From the NCBI RefSeq assembly GCF_009914755.1, contig NC_060936.1: DNA of 64,000 nucleotides. The stretch is one strand, 5' to 3'. The stretch's first letter is position 1, and every line of letters begins with the position of its first letter. The stretch comes from the human T2T-CHM13v2.0 reference genome, Homo sapiens. Below are positions 1 through 15,909 of this stretch, piece by piece. The notes under the pieces were generated by a model. The model did not search any database and was not told where the DNA came from. It saw only the letters and a program-made list of their open reading frames with translations. The translations under genes were made by a program, and so were the position numbers.

Positions 1-590
1 TATTGCTGGGTCATATGGTAGTTATTTTTTTTAAGTTTTTGAGAAACCTCCATACAGTTTTCCATAATGGTTGTACCAATTTTCACTCCTACAAACAGTA
101 TACAAATGTTCCTTTTCCTCCACATCCTCACCAACCCTGCCGTACTTTGTCTTTTCAATAATAGCCATTCCACTAGGTGGGAGGTGATATCACATTGTGG
201 TTTTGATTTGCATTTTTCTGAAATGAATGATGTTGAACACCTTTTCAAATCCTTGTTGGCTATGTGTATGTGTTCTTTGGGAAAATGTCTATTCAGATTC
301 TTTGTCTACTTTGTAATTAGCTTACTATTAGTATTTTTAGTTGTTGATTTTGAATATTAACCCTTTATCAGATATCTGATTTACAAGTCCTTAAGTTTCA
401 TTTCATTTTGTCGATTGTTTCCTTTGCTGTGCAGAAGCTTTTTGGTTTGATGTAGTCCCATTTATTTTTGCTTTTGTTGCCTGTGCTTTTGGTATCATAC
501 CCAAAAAATTATCACCATAATCAACATTCAGGAGGCATTCTCTTATGTTTTCTTCTTGGAGTTTTACAGTTACAGGCCTTAATAATTCTA
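1..590 (-). mobile_element. Old L1 (L1M) ORF2 3' fragment
   Basis: Degenerate ORF2 C-terminal motifs (ttttgatttgcattt, gcagaagctttt; KAQATKAKIN in ORF 403..627). Confidence 0.8.
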
Positions 591-984
591 TACAAGTATT
601 AGAGCAATTTCTGTAATTTTTCTTCAAGATTATCTTGACTCTATGTGGCTTTGAATTTTAATATAGAAAAGAATCAACTAATTAGTTTCCAAAAACAAAT
701 TCCCTACAATTTATGCAATTGCCTTCAATCTATAAATTACTTTGGAGAGAACAACATCTTTATAATATTGAGTTTTCCTGTTCATTTGTATTTTATCCCT
801 CCATTTATTTTGGATAGTTCCTGCAGAGATGCTTTGAACATCTGTATTTATTACTATTTACTTGGTTACATTGCTGTTTCTATAAATTACATCGTTAAAA
901 ATTCTAGTTGTTTGCTGCATATATATATATATAAATACAATTTAGTTTTGTATATTGACCTTGTAGATAGAAAATGGCTACAGT

Positions 985-1300
985 TAATTTTATTTTTATT
1001 TTTAAAATTTATTCACTTTTAATTGACAAAAATTGTTTATGTTTATCATGTACAACATGTTTTGAAATTTATACTGGGGGATTGCTAAATCAAGTTAATT
1101 AGCATATGCATTACCTCACATACTTATCTTTTTTTGTAATGAGAACCCTTAAAATATACTCTCAGGCCTTTCTGTGCCTGGTTCATCCATGTTGCCATAA
1201 ATACACAAATACGTACATTGTTATAGTCACCATTTTGTACAGTAGATCCTTGAACTTATTCTTCCTGTCTAACTGAAACTTTGTATCTTTTGACCAACAT
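985..1300 (-). mobile_element. L1MA-type 3'UTR fragment
   Basis: T-rich tail, then ttaattgacaaaaattg...catgtacaacatg...tttgaccaacatc. Confidence 0.65.
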
Positions 1301-1477
1301 CTTATAGTTGATTTTAAATTCTCATTGTTTTTCTGTAGATTGTTTTAGACGTTCTATGAATACAATTGCTTCAACTATAAGTAATTATCTTTTCATAATT
1401 TCTTTCTATTCATCTTTTCTTTTTTTCTACTTCCTGCCTGATTGCCCTGTTTGAATCTCTAGCACATTATCAATATA

Positions 1478-1832
1478 CAGTCATGCACCATGCAACAGTG
1501 CTTTGGTCAGCAACAGATTACATACAGGATGGTGGCCCCATAAGATTATAATACCATGTTTTTACTGTATCTTTTCTATGTTTAGATACGTTTAGACACA
1601 TAAATATTCCCGCTGTGTTACAATAACTTACAGTATTCAGTGTAGAAACATGCTGTACAGGTTTGCAGCCTAGGAGCAATAGGCTATACTATATAGCTTA
1701 GGTATGTACTAGGTTATAACATCTACGTTTGTGTAAGTACACCCTGGGATGTTTGTGCAATGATGAAATCACCTAATCACCTAATGACGTATTTCTCAGG
1801 ATGTATTCCCATCATTAAATGATGCAGGACTG
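1478..1832 (+). mobile_element. Tigger3a/MER7A-like TcMar MITE
   Basis: Termini CAGTCATGCA...TGCAGGACTG with TA on both sides; internal ccataagattataatac. Confidence 0.8.
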
Positions 1833-2044
1833 TAAATGGTATCTATTGTTGTCCCAGGAGAATGCTTTTGATGCTTCAGTCTTTGGTATGATGTTTGCTG
1901 TTAATTAAGACAATACTTTTCTATTTATATTTTTGTAAGAGCTTTAAAATAATGAATGGGTATTGAATTTTATCAAATGTTTTTCTGCATCAGTTAAGAT
2001 AATCCTATGATTTTTAAAAATTCTGTTAATTAGATGACTAACTT

Positions 2045-2550
2045 TGAAAGACAGAATATTGGGGCCCCAAAGATGGTCCACATTTTAATGCCTGAAACCT
2101 GCATTTATGTTAGATGGTATGGAAAGGTGTGATTAAGGTCGCAGATGAAGTTAAAGTTGTTAATTAGCTGAACATATAATGAGCAAGTTATCCTGGATTA
2201 TTCAGGTAGGCACAGTGTAATCGCAAGGGTCTTTTAAATGTGGAAGAGGGAGACAGGAAAGTCAGGGTCAGTGTCATACAGAATGAGACAAACTCAAATA
2301 ATCATTGCTGCCTCTGAGCTTAGAAAGGGCCCACAAGGCAAGTAATGTGAGCAGCCTCCAGAAACTGTAGAAGGAAAGAAAATGGATTCTTCTATAGAGA
2401 CTTCAGAAAGAATGCAACCCTTGATTTTGGCCTAGTGAGACCCATTTCAGACTTCTGGACTGACTCCAGAACTGTAAGATAATACATTTATGTTTTTTGA
2501 AGGCACTAAGTTGGTGGTAATTTGTTATGCAGAAATACGAAAGTAATACA
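2045..2550 (+). mobile_element. MaLR LTR (MLT1D-like)
   Basis: ggccccaaagat...ccagaactgtaagataata...aagtaataca terminus. Confidence 0.75.
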
Positions 2551-2949
2551 CTGACATTCATTGATTTTCAAATATTGATCCTATCTTGCATTCTTGAAAT
2601 AAATTGAATTAGGTAATGTCTTAACCTTTTTGTTTATCACTAGATTTGGTAATTTATTGTTTATAAATTTTGCTTTTATGGTCATGGTAATGAATGTTTT
2701 GTAAATTTTCTTTCTTATATTTTTGAGGCTTTGGCATCAAGGATATACTGGTGTCATCAAATTATATTAGAAGTCTTCCATCATTTTTTCAACATTTGGG
2801 AAGCATTTTGATAAGATGAATGTTTTTTCCTTTTCAAATTTTAGGTAGAAAGTCTTGATGAAGCTACCTGGGGCCCCAGATTTTTTTTATTGGGGGATAA
2901 TGTATTATGAATTTAATTTATTTAATAGATCTATGGTAATGCAAATTAA

Positions 2950-3830
2950 GGTTTCTGTTAGATAGATTTTTTTTGATGCCCTAAGAGGTTGCTGAGGAAC
3001 AATGCCCTTATGATTCCTAGGAGCTTCATGCTTAACAGGGATGAACCATGACACACATTTATAAAATCCTAAGACAGCCTAAGGATCTGGCTGAAAGGTG
3101 ACACTGAATTTCTGAGACTTTAGCACAACATCTTTATAAATCTCATCTCTCTCTAACTTGTGATGTGCACCTAAAAGAGAAACTGATGACACTTTTGACA
3201 TTTTGTCAGGAAATCTCCTTAACTAGATCTAGCAGTTCATTAGGTATATTTTTATGTCTTACCTTTCTTTAGGCAAGAGTTTTGCCAATTTCTCCCAGCC
3301 GTTAATAACATCTTACTCAATTTCCTTTAAGCCCTCAACAACAAGCTTTAGTCTTGTCAGGTGTTGGACTATTTTCTCCACATATCTTTTACATCTTCTT
3401 TCTTGCAATTTGTCCAAAGCCAAAGCTACATGTTTTATGTTTTTGTTATTACAGCATCCCAATTTTGATGCCAAATTTTATTTTGATCACTTATTTCTGC
3501 AGAAAAAAACCACTGCAAAATATCATGACACTACACAAAAACTATTTTAATAGACTCACAGACACTGTGGGTGAAGAAGCTGGGTAAGGCACTAAAGGAA
3601 TGTCTTATCTCTTCTTGACTATGTATGAGGCACACTTGGGGACTAATTAAATGGCTGGAGGTAGAAATCATTTGGAGGATCCTTCAGACATATTTCTTGC
3701 ACTTGGTCTCAGATGACATTAAGGTTGAGCTCAGCTGGGACTGTCGGCCAGAATGCCCACACATGGCCTTTCTTTGCAGCTTGAACTACCTCAGTATGAT
3801 GGCCTCAAGGTAGTTAACACAATGGAGATG
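2950..3830 (-). mobile_element. Decayed MLT1 internal fragment plus LTR
   Basis: int/LTR junction-like cagcatcccaattttgatgccaaatttt at ~3450-3480; gctcagctgggactgt MLT motif. Confidence 0.45.
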
Positions 3831-3869
3831 GTTCATCTTCTTAGTCAGATACTTTCATTGGGTATACTT

Positions 3870-4388
3870 TGTTACTGAGCAATGAGCTCTCTGCCCAATG
3901 CATATAGCAGTCAATGCTATAGCACCAGCTTTTGAGAAAAGGAGGGCCTTTATAGTGAGTTGACTGGCAAGGAGACAGGAGGTAACACTCAAATTTGTCT
4001 CCCCGAGCTGTGGTCTTGGGGCAGGTTTTACAGGCAGAGAATAACAATGAGAGAGATAGGAAAATGCAACAAGATGTGATCTGATTGGTTAATGCAAAGA
4101 GGTGGCGACGGTTTCCTGTCTCTTAAGTCTGTTCTGCAACAAAACAAGGCACCCTTCACTTCATAATTTGGTCCCCATTCTCAAACCAAGTACTTAGATT
4201 CTGCTTGTGGTTGACTTTTTTGTTCCAGCTGACTCTGGGGTTACCAGTAGGGTACACTTGGTTCATCTGGGCATGCTCAGGTTATGTGACCTGCAACTTG
4301 AGGGCCACTGCACCCAAAAACAACTCATGATTTGGTTACATTTTGTTACTGACAAAGTGAACTGGACTGGACTGGTTCTGCTGTTATA
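3870..4388 (-). mobile_element. ERV1 MER4-group solo LTR (MER66/LTR26-like)
   Basis: tgttactgagcaatg...gcttttgagaaaag...ggcaaggagacaggagg...ctcaaatttgtctccccgagctg. Confidence 0.6.
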
Positions 4389-4679
4389 ATTTCTGTACTG
4401 CTAAATATTTAGTGTATGTTTTAGCCAAAATTTTCTTACATACCTACAGTACAGTTTTCAATTTTAGTAAATTTAACATGGGTGCAATGTGTTCTTTCTC
4501 CTCTAAAAGTGTTTCTGATGTTATTTTTGATCCAGTGAGTTTCCTTATAAAACTGTTTTTCTCCAGTACACAATCAGGTTCAAGATCATATACTGCATTT
4601 AATTGCCTCATCTCTTTTGTTTCCTTTATTCTGCAAAAAAAACTTGTAGCTTTTTTTATGTTTTAAGACATTGACAAAT

Positions 4680-5076
4680 TCACCACTCAGTAAAACCTTG
4701 CACTTGTCCTTCGAGCCCATATGTGATCCAGTTTTTCCGGTACACTGGGCGAGAACTTGAGATACAGAAAATGGTCACACTGGCCCTCTATGCTTGCCAT
4801 AGGCGGAGGGTCCATTGAGCTGGTTAACACAAGCCGTCTGCAGATGGCAAAACTGAAAAAGCACACTGTAACACACACCCTCTTGGGCTTCAGGAGTCAC
4901 AGACACCCATCCCTAGATGCTGCCATGGGGCTAGATCCCAAAAGTGCTCCCCATGGCCTCTGCACCTGCCCGTCTGCATGTTCCTCCTAGGGGTCTGACT
5001 ACTGGGGCAACTGAAGGAGCGAGCCACATCCCTGTGGCATGACCTGCGAAGGGGATCAGGGAACCCTCCCATTTCA
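4680..5076 (+). mobile_element. LTR1/LTR28-like ERV1 LTR, 3' part
   Basis: gagctggttaacacaagccgtctgcagatggcaaaactg...ggggatcagggaaccctcccatttca terminus. Confidence 0.7.
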
Positions 5077-5926
5077 ATAATAGTTGAAAATATCATTCTT
5101 CTGATTGTTTCACTTCATGGGAGAGTATTTTGTGGTTTGTTCCCAGGTTTCCAGCTTGGGGCAGCCCTTCAACATTAGTGGGAAAAAGATAGGGCAATGA
5201 TAGGAAATGAGTATATAGCAGTGAGTGGGATGAGCCATGACTGGGGAAACAATGAGAAGTAGGAGAAAGACTGGAAGTTCTTTTACTTAACTACAAAGAG
5301 CCAGTGGTAGAGAGAATTTGTGTTTAGGAAAGATCTTTCCTGGTGGTAAAATAATGAATCAGGACACACAGAGCTCTGGAAAGAACTTGCCTTGCTTTTC
5401 ATCATAGGAAGTGCCTGTGAGGTTTATTAGGGTAACTGAATAATGACTATGCTCACTTGTGTGGGTAACTTGTACTTTCAGCTTTAGGTGTATGCTGTTT
5501 TTCCTGTGTAACTGTTTATTTCCAGATTTCTGGGACTATAGGATCTTCCAGGCAATAAAACATTCCTGTACCTAAACACTATTTGAGTTTTATTTAGTTA
5601 ATTCTGTTTATGGTTTTCCTGCCTGCCTACCCTTTCACAGCCTGAGGTTCTGCCTTCCAAGATGTCATCCACATCCTGCTTAGTCCTTTTCATAGACCTA
5701 CGCTCCCTCCTCAATACTTTATGAAAAGCCATCCATTTTCATCTCATGCTTATCATATGAATTTGTCTTGCTTCTTTCAGCCTGTCTGCCTTCCTTCCTT
5801 CCTTCTTTCTTTTCCTCTAGTTAACTCTCATGTATCAAGAAGTAACCGAGTGCCGGGCACTCTTCTAAGTATTGTGAAATAGTGTTGAGCAATGAACCTA
5901 TTTTTCTCTCTGTCTCTTAGAGTTCA

Positions 5927-6331
<405 letters not shown>

Positions 6332-8534
6332 TTATGATAAGAATAGAATCAAATGAGGTAGTGATAATTTTGGGGATTACTTTAGTTTGGAAGCCATCGA
6401 AGGTGGCCTGAAGATGTATTTAATTTGAGATTGAATGGCAATAAAGTATGACAGAAGTTACGGGTCATGCATTGAAGAAACATGCTGTGTCTATAGATCA
6501 TGCTTGGGGCACACATTCAGATTTCTAATGCTAGACAGTCACTGCACAGCCCTGTGTATGCCCCAGCTCCCTTGGCATGATCACAGGATGAGATCTTACC
6601 TTTGGTACTAACAGCAAATCCTGTTTCATCTCCCATCATCCTAGGACTTCCCTTCATCTCAATTCTTTTTTTTTTTTTTTTTAATAAATGCAGTATCTGA
6701 ACCCATCGTTAGTCTGTGTCTAGTTAATTCTTGTTTGTTGAAACTCAGCTGTGTGCCCTTGATGATCCCAGGCCACAGCTGCTGCAGGTTCTTCCAATTT
6801 CTCTGTGGTATATGGTGAGGAGTGAGGAGTCTGGTTTTGGACCAAGTTCCTGATGCTCCCTGAAGACCTCTCTTCAGGTTGGGGCTTCTGTGCTGCTTTC
6901 TCTAAAAGCCTGTCTCCCTTTGTGATATGCTCTACATTAGAGTGTGCAGTAATGATTAGGGCAGGTTTGTGATCCTTGAGTAAATTTGGGGATTAATAAT
7001 AGATATGATTTTTGTGTGGAAGAATATTAAGTTATCACAGTTATAAGATGACCCAGCTGTGTGTTTTTCAAATTGTTTAATGTAGAAATTATAATGAAAA
7101 CGGCAGTTCCACTTAATTTAAAAGCTCTAATCGTATATTGTGAATAAAATTAAAATGTATTAGATTGGAAAACTTTTTTATTTTTATAAAAGATAATAAG
7201 TTAATATTTCGTATATACTCAGAATCCTTAAAGGGATAAACACAGGAAATGCAATAGATAAAAAGATTAGAATATGTAAATCATGGAAGAGGAAATTCAA
7301 GTTGTCAGTAAGCCCAAACTTACTGCATTCAGGGAAATGCAAGTTAACATAACAAATATTGCTTCTGGCATAACAGTCCAGCAAAATTCAACTGAGATAA
7401 CCTTTACTACTTGCAGAAATGGTCATAAAAATATGCTCTGATATTTGTTCTTGTTATTTTAATTTTTAGAACTCTTTGAGAAAGCTGTTGGTAATACATA
7501 TTAAATTAAGTGTATACATATATTGTGAGTCAAAAACCTCTGAACATTTATCAAATAGAGACTTTGTACATAAGGGTACATTAAAAAGTATATCAGTGGC
7601 TTCATGATTTGATAATAGCAAAAGAATACAAATGACCTGAATTCCTGTAAGCAGGTAATGCTAGAGTAAATTATGATATAATCAAGCTACTGAAAGGAAA
7701 GATACAGATATATAGGGACTGAGTTAGAGTTCTAAGAAGTAGTGTTGAGTGCAAAAAGAAGAAAGAATGGTTTATAATTTAAGGCCATTTTGTACAGCAT
7801 TTTAAAAGAATTTGTGTACAAACACAAATATATGGTCACTTGCATCTACATATATTTGCCTATTATAATAGGAATATGGGGAAATTTATTTAACATTTGC
7901 TTTTTGGTATTGATGATAGCAGTGTATGAAATATTAGCCATAAAGGAATAGGAATAAATAACTACATATAAGTTCATATATGCATAAAATTTTCACAAAT
8001 ATATAATTACCAAGTAAAAATGGCAGTTATCTCATTGTTTTGGCCCATCTAGAGACTTTTACTTTCTTATGTATACTTCTATTTTAATTTTTATAAAAAA
8101 TACAAAAATAATCTTGTAATGGGAAAGAGCAGTAGTAAAAAGTTTTGGAGCTATGTCATCCATTGAATTTCACTCTTAAAATTACATATCCACTAGTATA
8201 TAGTGTATACATATATAGAGAGATAAAGTTTGGTTATACATACAATATATGATTTTATATAGAATATATTGCATAATATTTGACAGATGTTACAAAATGT
8301 AGATATTAGAAAGATCTCAGTTTAATTTTAATATAACATGCCCTATATATAATGCTGTTCATTTTAATGAACAAATTTGGTGTTAGATCTGAGTATATTT
8401 TATATACTCACATATGATACTTTATGCTTGAATTTTAGATCCCTCTTAAAGTGATAATATTAAAAACCTACAATTTGAAGCATTATAATATTATCAAAAT
8501 CCAATAACTTCAGAAAAATAAAGCCTCAAAACTG

Positions 8535-11254
<2,720 letters not shown>

Positions 11255-12059
11255 TATGTTTAATCTTTTTTTCTTAGCAAGCCAGTCATTGTCTTAAGTC
11301 TGTGTGGTGGGTCTCTGCCTCTGTGGAGGGACACAGTGGGCTCTCAATAAGTAACCGTCTCCTAGAAGACCCTTCAATTTGTGTCAGTGTTGTTGGGAGG
11401 CCTTACAAAGGTGACTGTAGGGCTTATTCCCTACGGGGTATAATCAGATAGTATCTGTCTTTTAAGTCTTCCTTCCTTCTTTATCTCTTTTAAATATTTC
11501 TCTTTCACTTTTCCTTCAGAATATGTGTTTTTTTCTTAGCGTTATTTATGCTAATCTCTCACCATATTATGACAACTCTGTGCCTCATGGAAGATATGAG
11601 TTTACCCAGGACAAGGACACTGACTTGTCTTTCCGAGGTTGAAGACCACTCCCTCAAGAATTTCCTCTGCCTTTCTTCATTCACCTGATGGGGACCTCTT
11701 AGCATGTTTTGGGGAGTAGACTGGTTGCTGTTATCAGACAGACTCTCCAATAAAAGGAGAAATAGATGTTCAGTGCTCTTCCAGATTACAGAGATCCTTC
11801 CAATGAGGGTATGACCCAAAAAGGCATACTTTGTATGAAGAAGAAGAACTTTAAAGCAAGGGAAATCTTTAAAATGTAGAGAATTCCCTATGATTCTGGG
11901 TATTCCAAATGTTCATCACCCCTCTTTGAGGCCTCAGTTGGGTCCAGCACTTGATTGTGCTGTAAATGTGGATTGTTTTCCTCCCTTGCTGTCTTTACTT
12001 AGCAGCTTGGCTCCATTATGACAAAGGGCAAGTAGATTGATGGAACTTGGGGCAGTGCT

Positions 12060-12520
12060 GGGCCCTACTCAACAACTGCAGAGAAGTCTGGATGACCATA
12101 TTCTACATGCACTCACCATTGCTTTCCTTCAGACTGACCATTTCCTTTCCGTTGCATTATCCAAATATACCACGTTGTTGATTCCTCAGCTCCTTAAGAG
12201 TCTGTTCAAATATCACCTATTCAGTAATGCCTTTTTTGGTCACCTTATATAAAATTGCTCCCCATTTTCCATCTCTAAACTCTCCTTTCTTCTTTCCTGC
12301 CTTCTTTTTTTATTAGGCCTTATCACCTCACACATAATACATTGTGTTTTCTCTTTCTTTATTTTTTTAGTGTATGAATTCCTGCAAAACCATGTATTAA
12401 ATAAAATTTTTGTGTGCTTTGTTCGCTGTTATTTTTCTAACATCTAGCATTGTGTCTGGCATACAATAATGCTCAATGAATGTTTTTTGAATGAAAAAAT
12501 TGATTAAATGGATGCATGAA
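12060..12520 (-). mobile_element. L2 3' fragment
   Basis: tagcattgtgtctggcatacaataatgctcaatgaatgttttttgaatgaa is the typical L2 terminus. Confidence 0.6.
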
Positions 12521-12934
12521 TTAACAAATGTTAGTTTATTCTGTATACTTACTCCTTGATTTTGAATTTTTATACAATGGTTGCTAAATCCAGTAAGGTC
12601 ATAGTTCGTTCTTTAGATCATTCAGTGTTGGACTCACTCTGCACCAGTGTCAGATGACCTAATTACATGTTCAGGAGGGAGGCCATGACTCGAAGAATGC
12701 ACAGCCTGAGTTACACCGGATGGTCTTTGGATCAGGCTGCTCTACCCTGATTATTCCCCTAGGGGGAGACAGAGGTCTAAGCACTCTGTAAGTGTATGAC
12801 TCCTAGAATCTATGAAAAGAGCACTGCAGATTTCAGGAAGGCTGGTTATGGGGCATCTCCAACCTGTCATAGGAGCTGGTAATTATGGAGACACTATACC
12901 CTACATGTAAGAGGATGCCTGGAAGAGAAGTTGC

Positions 12935-13000
12935 CTGGAGCATATTTAACATGAGAGACTCGAATTGAAACCTGTTTAGCCAGAACCAATGATTTGAATT
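12935..13000 (+). promoter_or_regulatory. Upstream promoter motifs: octamer-like AGCATATTTAACAT (~12939-12952), CCAAT 12986-12990, ATTTGAAT 12992-12999
   Basis: Motif matches only; an octamer-dependent SBEM promoter element is recalled from the literature, but its position is not verified. Confidence 0.4.
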
Positions 13001-13105
13001 CACAACCTTTCCAAAGGGCCCCTGGCTGTGTTGTTGATTCTCCAGTGGTTTGTGTCCCAGCGTTTCCTGGCATTACCTAACCTGGATTCTGGTTGACAGC
13101 TCCTG

Positions 13106-13128
13106 ATTGGTGCCCTCTGCATATATAT
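13106..13128 (+). promoter_or_regulatory. MUCL1 core promoter: inverted CCAAT (ATTGG 13106-13110) and TATA box (TATATA 13122-13127)
   Basis: Motifs seen about 95-115 nt upstream of the ATG; TSS expected near 13150. Confidence 0.7.
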
Positions 13129-13220
13129 TGTCAGGATGTGGAATCCTGAAGTCAGCGCCTTGCCTTCTCTTAGGCTTTGAAGCATTTTTGTCTGTGCTCC
13201 CTGATCTTCAGGTCACCACC

Positions 13221-13278
13221 ATGAAGTTCTTAGCAGTCCTGGTACTCTTGGGAGTTTCCATCTTTCTGGTCTCTGCCC
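13221..13278 (+). CDS. MUCL1: MUCL1 coding exon 1 (signal peptide MKFLAVLVLLGVSIFLVSA)
   Basis: caccaccATG at 13221; hydrophobic leader; donor C|gtaagt at 13279. Confidence 0.96.
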
Positions 13279-15867
13279 GTAAGTAAAGATTCTTACCTGA
13301 ACATAAGTTTTGTGGGAATATACATAAAATATCTCCTCTAAAGATGTGGGCTTATGGTTGCTTAGAATGTGCTTTTTTACCTCTCCTAACTTGTTCTATC
13401 ACCATTTTGACTGACCGTTCAAGATGGAGATGGTTATCCTTAGGCTCTTCTTAATTCAGTCAGATCTTACTTCAATAATACCTTGGAACCCAAGTTTATT
13501 GTTACTGTTAGTAAAATATGTTCAAGAAGGTAATCAGAGGTTTATTTCGGGAAAGGAAAAATGACCACATATTAGGTTTTTATTGGTTTTCATGGGTTTT
13601 ATCTTATCTGTGCACTTGTTCTTCCTCAACTGGTACACCAAGGACTGAGGGTCTTCCATTGTAAAGTCTGGAATATTGTCCATATTCTCTCTTACCTCCA
13701 TCCTCCAAACTGGTATTCAGCTAACATCTTAATTTTTCCTTCTTCTCTTTCAGAGAATCCGACAACAGCTGCTCCAGCTGACACGTATCCAGCTAGTGAG
13801 TCTGCACTTGAATGTCATCTCTTTCCAGCAATAACCATTTTTCACTTCCAGCCTCGTGTCAAACAGCCAGTTTCCATGTGGATAGTCTTTGTTATAAGGA
13901 ATCCTAAGCAAAAGTCTGTGAAAGCTATATTCCTGATTTTAAAATTCACCACAAACATAGTGAATCTGCTTATTTCTTATACATTCTTAGAATATATGAA
14001 ATCTAGGCCATAGACTTATACAAATGTGGACTTATTATTCATTGTTTTCCAGCATAAGGCACAAGAGCATGAGGTCTGATGTTGTAGCCTGAGAATTTTT
14101 GAGAGATGCCTCTAATAAATGGAAGGACTGAATATATAGCCAGTGTCAAAAAGAGACCAGTGGGTCTCAGAATTTGAAGTGATATGAAAATAAGTCCATT
14201 TGGATCACAAGTGAGGGTGGTGTGTGGGATGTGGAGTGCAGGGGTCAGTTCTAAGCTTTACTCTTTGTAATGGTCTATATTCCTTATTCCCAGGCTGATG
14301 TTTGTTTCCCTTCTCTAACCTGAAAACGAAGGTGGTAGACCAAAGCCTTTAGTCATTCTTGGGCTTCTCCCAAAGTGTTCTTCACATTCTGTACTGTGTG
14401 TGTGTTGTGCCCATGCACAAGTTAAGGGGGTCTGTCTTTATCCTTCGCATCTTGGGAATTTGCATCCTTTGGTCACAAGGGCATTAGCTTTAGTCAGACC
14501 TCACATATATTTTTCCTGCCATGTGAGGCCCCATTTAAAAAATATTTTCTCTCTTAAATAAAGCCTGAGACAGCATGGATAGAGTGTGGGTTTGGAGGTG
14601 GAGCTACTTATTTGCTGAGGTGAGTCTAACTCACAAATGTGGGGCCTGACTCTTGATCCTTATCAATAGCTCTTGTGTAAGGTCTAGAGAGAGAGAGATA
14701 ATTTTCAAAACTCTTACCCAGTCCCCTTTGTACATATAGTAATTAATGGGGAATTTTTTTACTATCAGAAGTGTATTAATTTCTCCTGTTATATCTAATG
14801 TGGCTCTCACAATTACCTCTCTAATAAACAGAGTCCAAGCTGCCACAGAGGGTGAGACAAATATGGCTCTTTTCATTCTAGAACCTGATAGAAGATATCT
14901 TACTGCACTCTAAGACAGGAGATATGACTCTAAGATGAGATACATCTTCTTAGTCTGCCTCCTCCTTCCCTCTAGAGTTCATCCCTTTACTCATCCTCAT
15001 TCATGCTACATTGGAATGTATGCTGTCTTAGGTTATTCTGTGGGACGGCATCAGAATGTCAGGCTACTAGAGATTTCCTTATTGCTTCTGAGCAGTAGTC
15101 CCTGTGAATAGGAACACTCGTGGCCTTGGTCTTTTGTGCTCATACCTGGGACAAAGTACTTGCTTGTCTCTTTAATCAGTGTCATTGCCCTTGGAGGGAA
15201 ACCCCAAATTCTTTCTGTCCCAGCAAAGACAAGACAGGGAAGGATGAAGCACAAGGAAAGTAGGCAGGTAGGCTAAAGGTAAGACAGAACTGATGACAGA
15301 TTTGCAGAGATGAATTCAGGATGAGGAATGTATGTCTACCCCTGGGTGGGATAAATTTTGTTCCAGAAGGAGTCAGTCTCACCTAGAGCTTTTCCTTCTA
15401 ATTTCAGCTGGTCCTGCTGATGATGAAGCCCCTGATGCTGAAACCACTGCTGCTGCAACCACTGCGACCACTGCTGCTCCTACCACTGCAACCACCGCTG
15501 CTTCTACCACTGCTCGTAAAGACATTCCAGGTAGCAAGACTCCTCCATCTGTGTGCTTCCTTTATGTGGCTCCTTGATTCCTTGGGTTCTCTATTCTCAC
15601 AGAGACTCTATTTTTGAGGTCAGGGAGACCTCTTCTTTACATTGTTCTCTAAATCCTTGTAGTTTCTAAGTCAAGTCAACAGATAAATATCAGAGGAGTC
15701 AGGAGGTTACCTGACTCCTAGGTTACCAATATTACCTGAATGGATCTTGAAATATTGACATTTATTAAGGAAAACTCTTCCTTAGTAGAAACATCATTGG
15801 AAAGACCAAAATAAGTGTCTCCATGAAGCTAGGTAACTGCTTATTATTATTATTTTTTTAAATCAGG

Positions 15868-15909
<42 letters not shown>

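Noticed and set aside
15332-15617. ORFs 15332..15577 and 15420..15617 as stand-alone genes
   Set aside because: The first is MUCL1 exon 3 plus intron flanks; the second is a shifted frame of the stop-poor Thr/Ala repeat.
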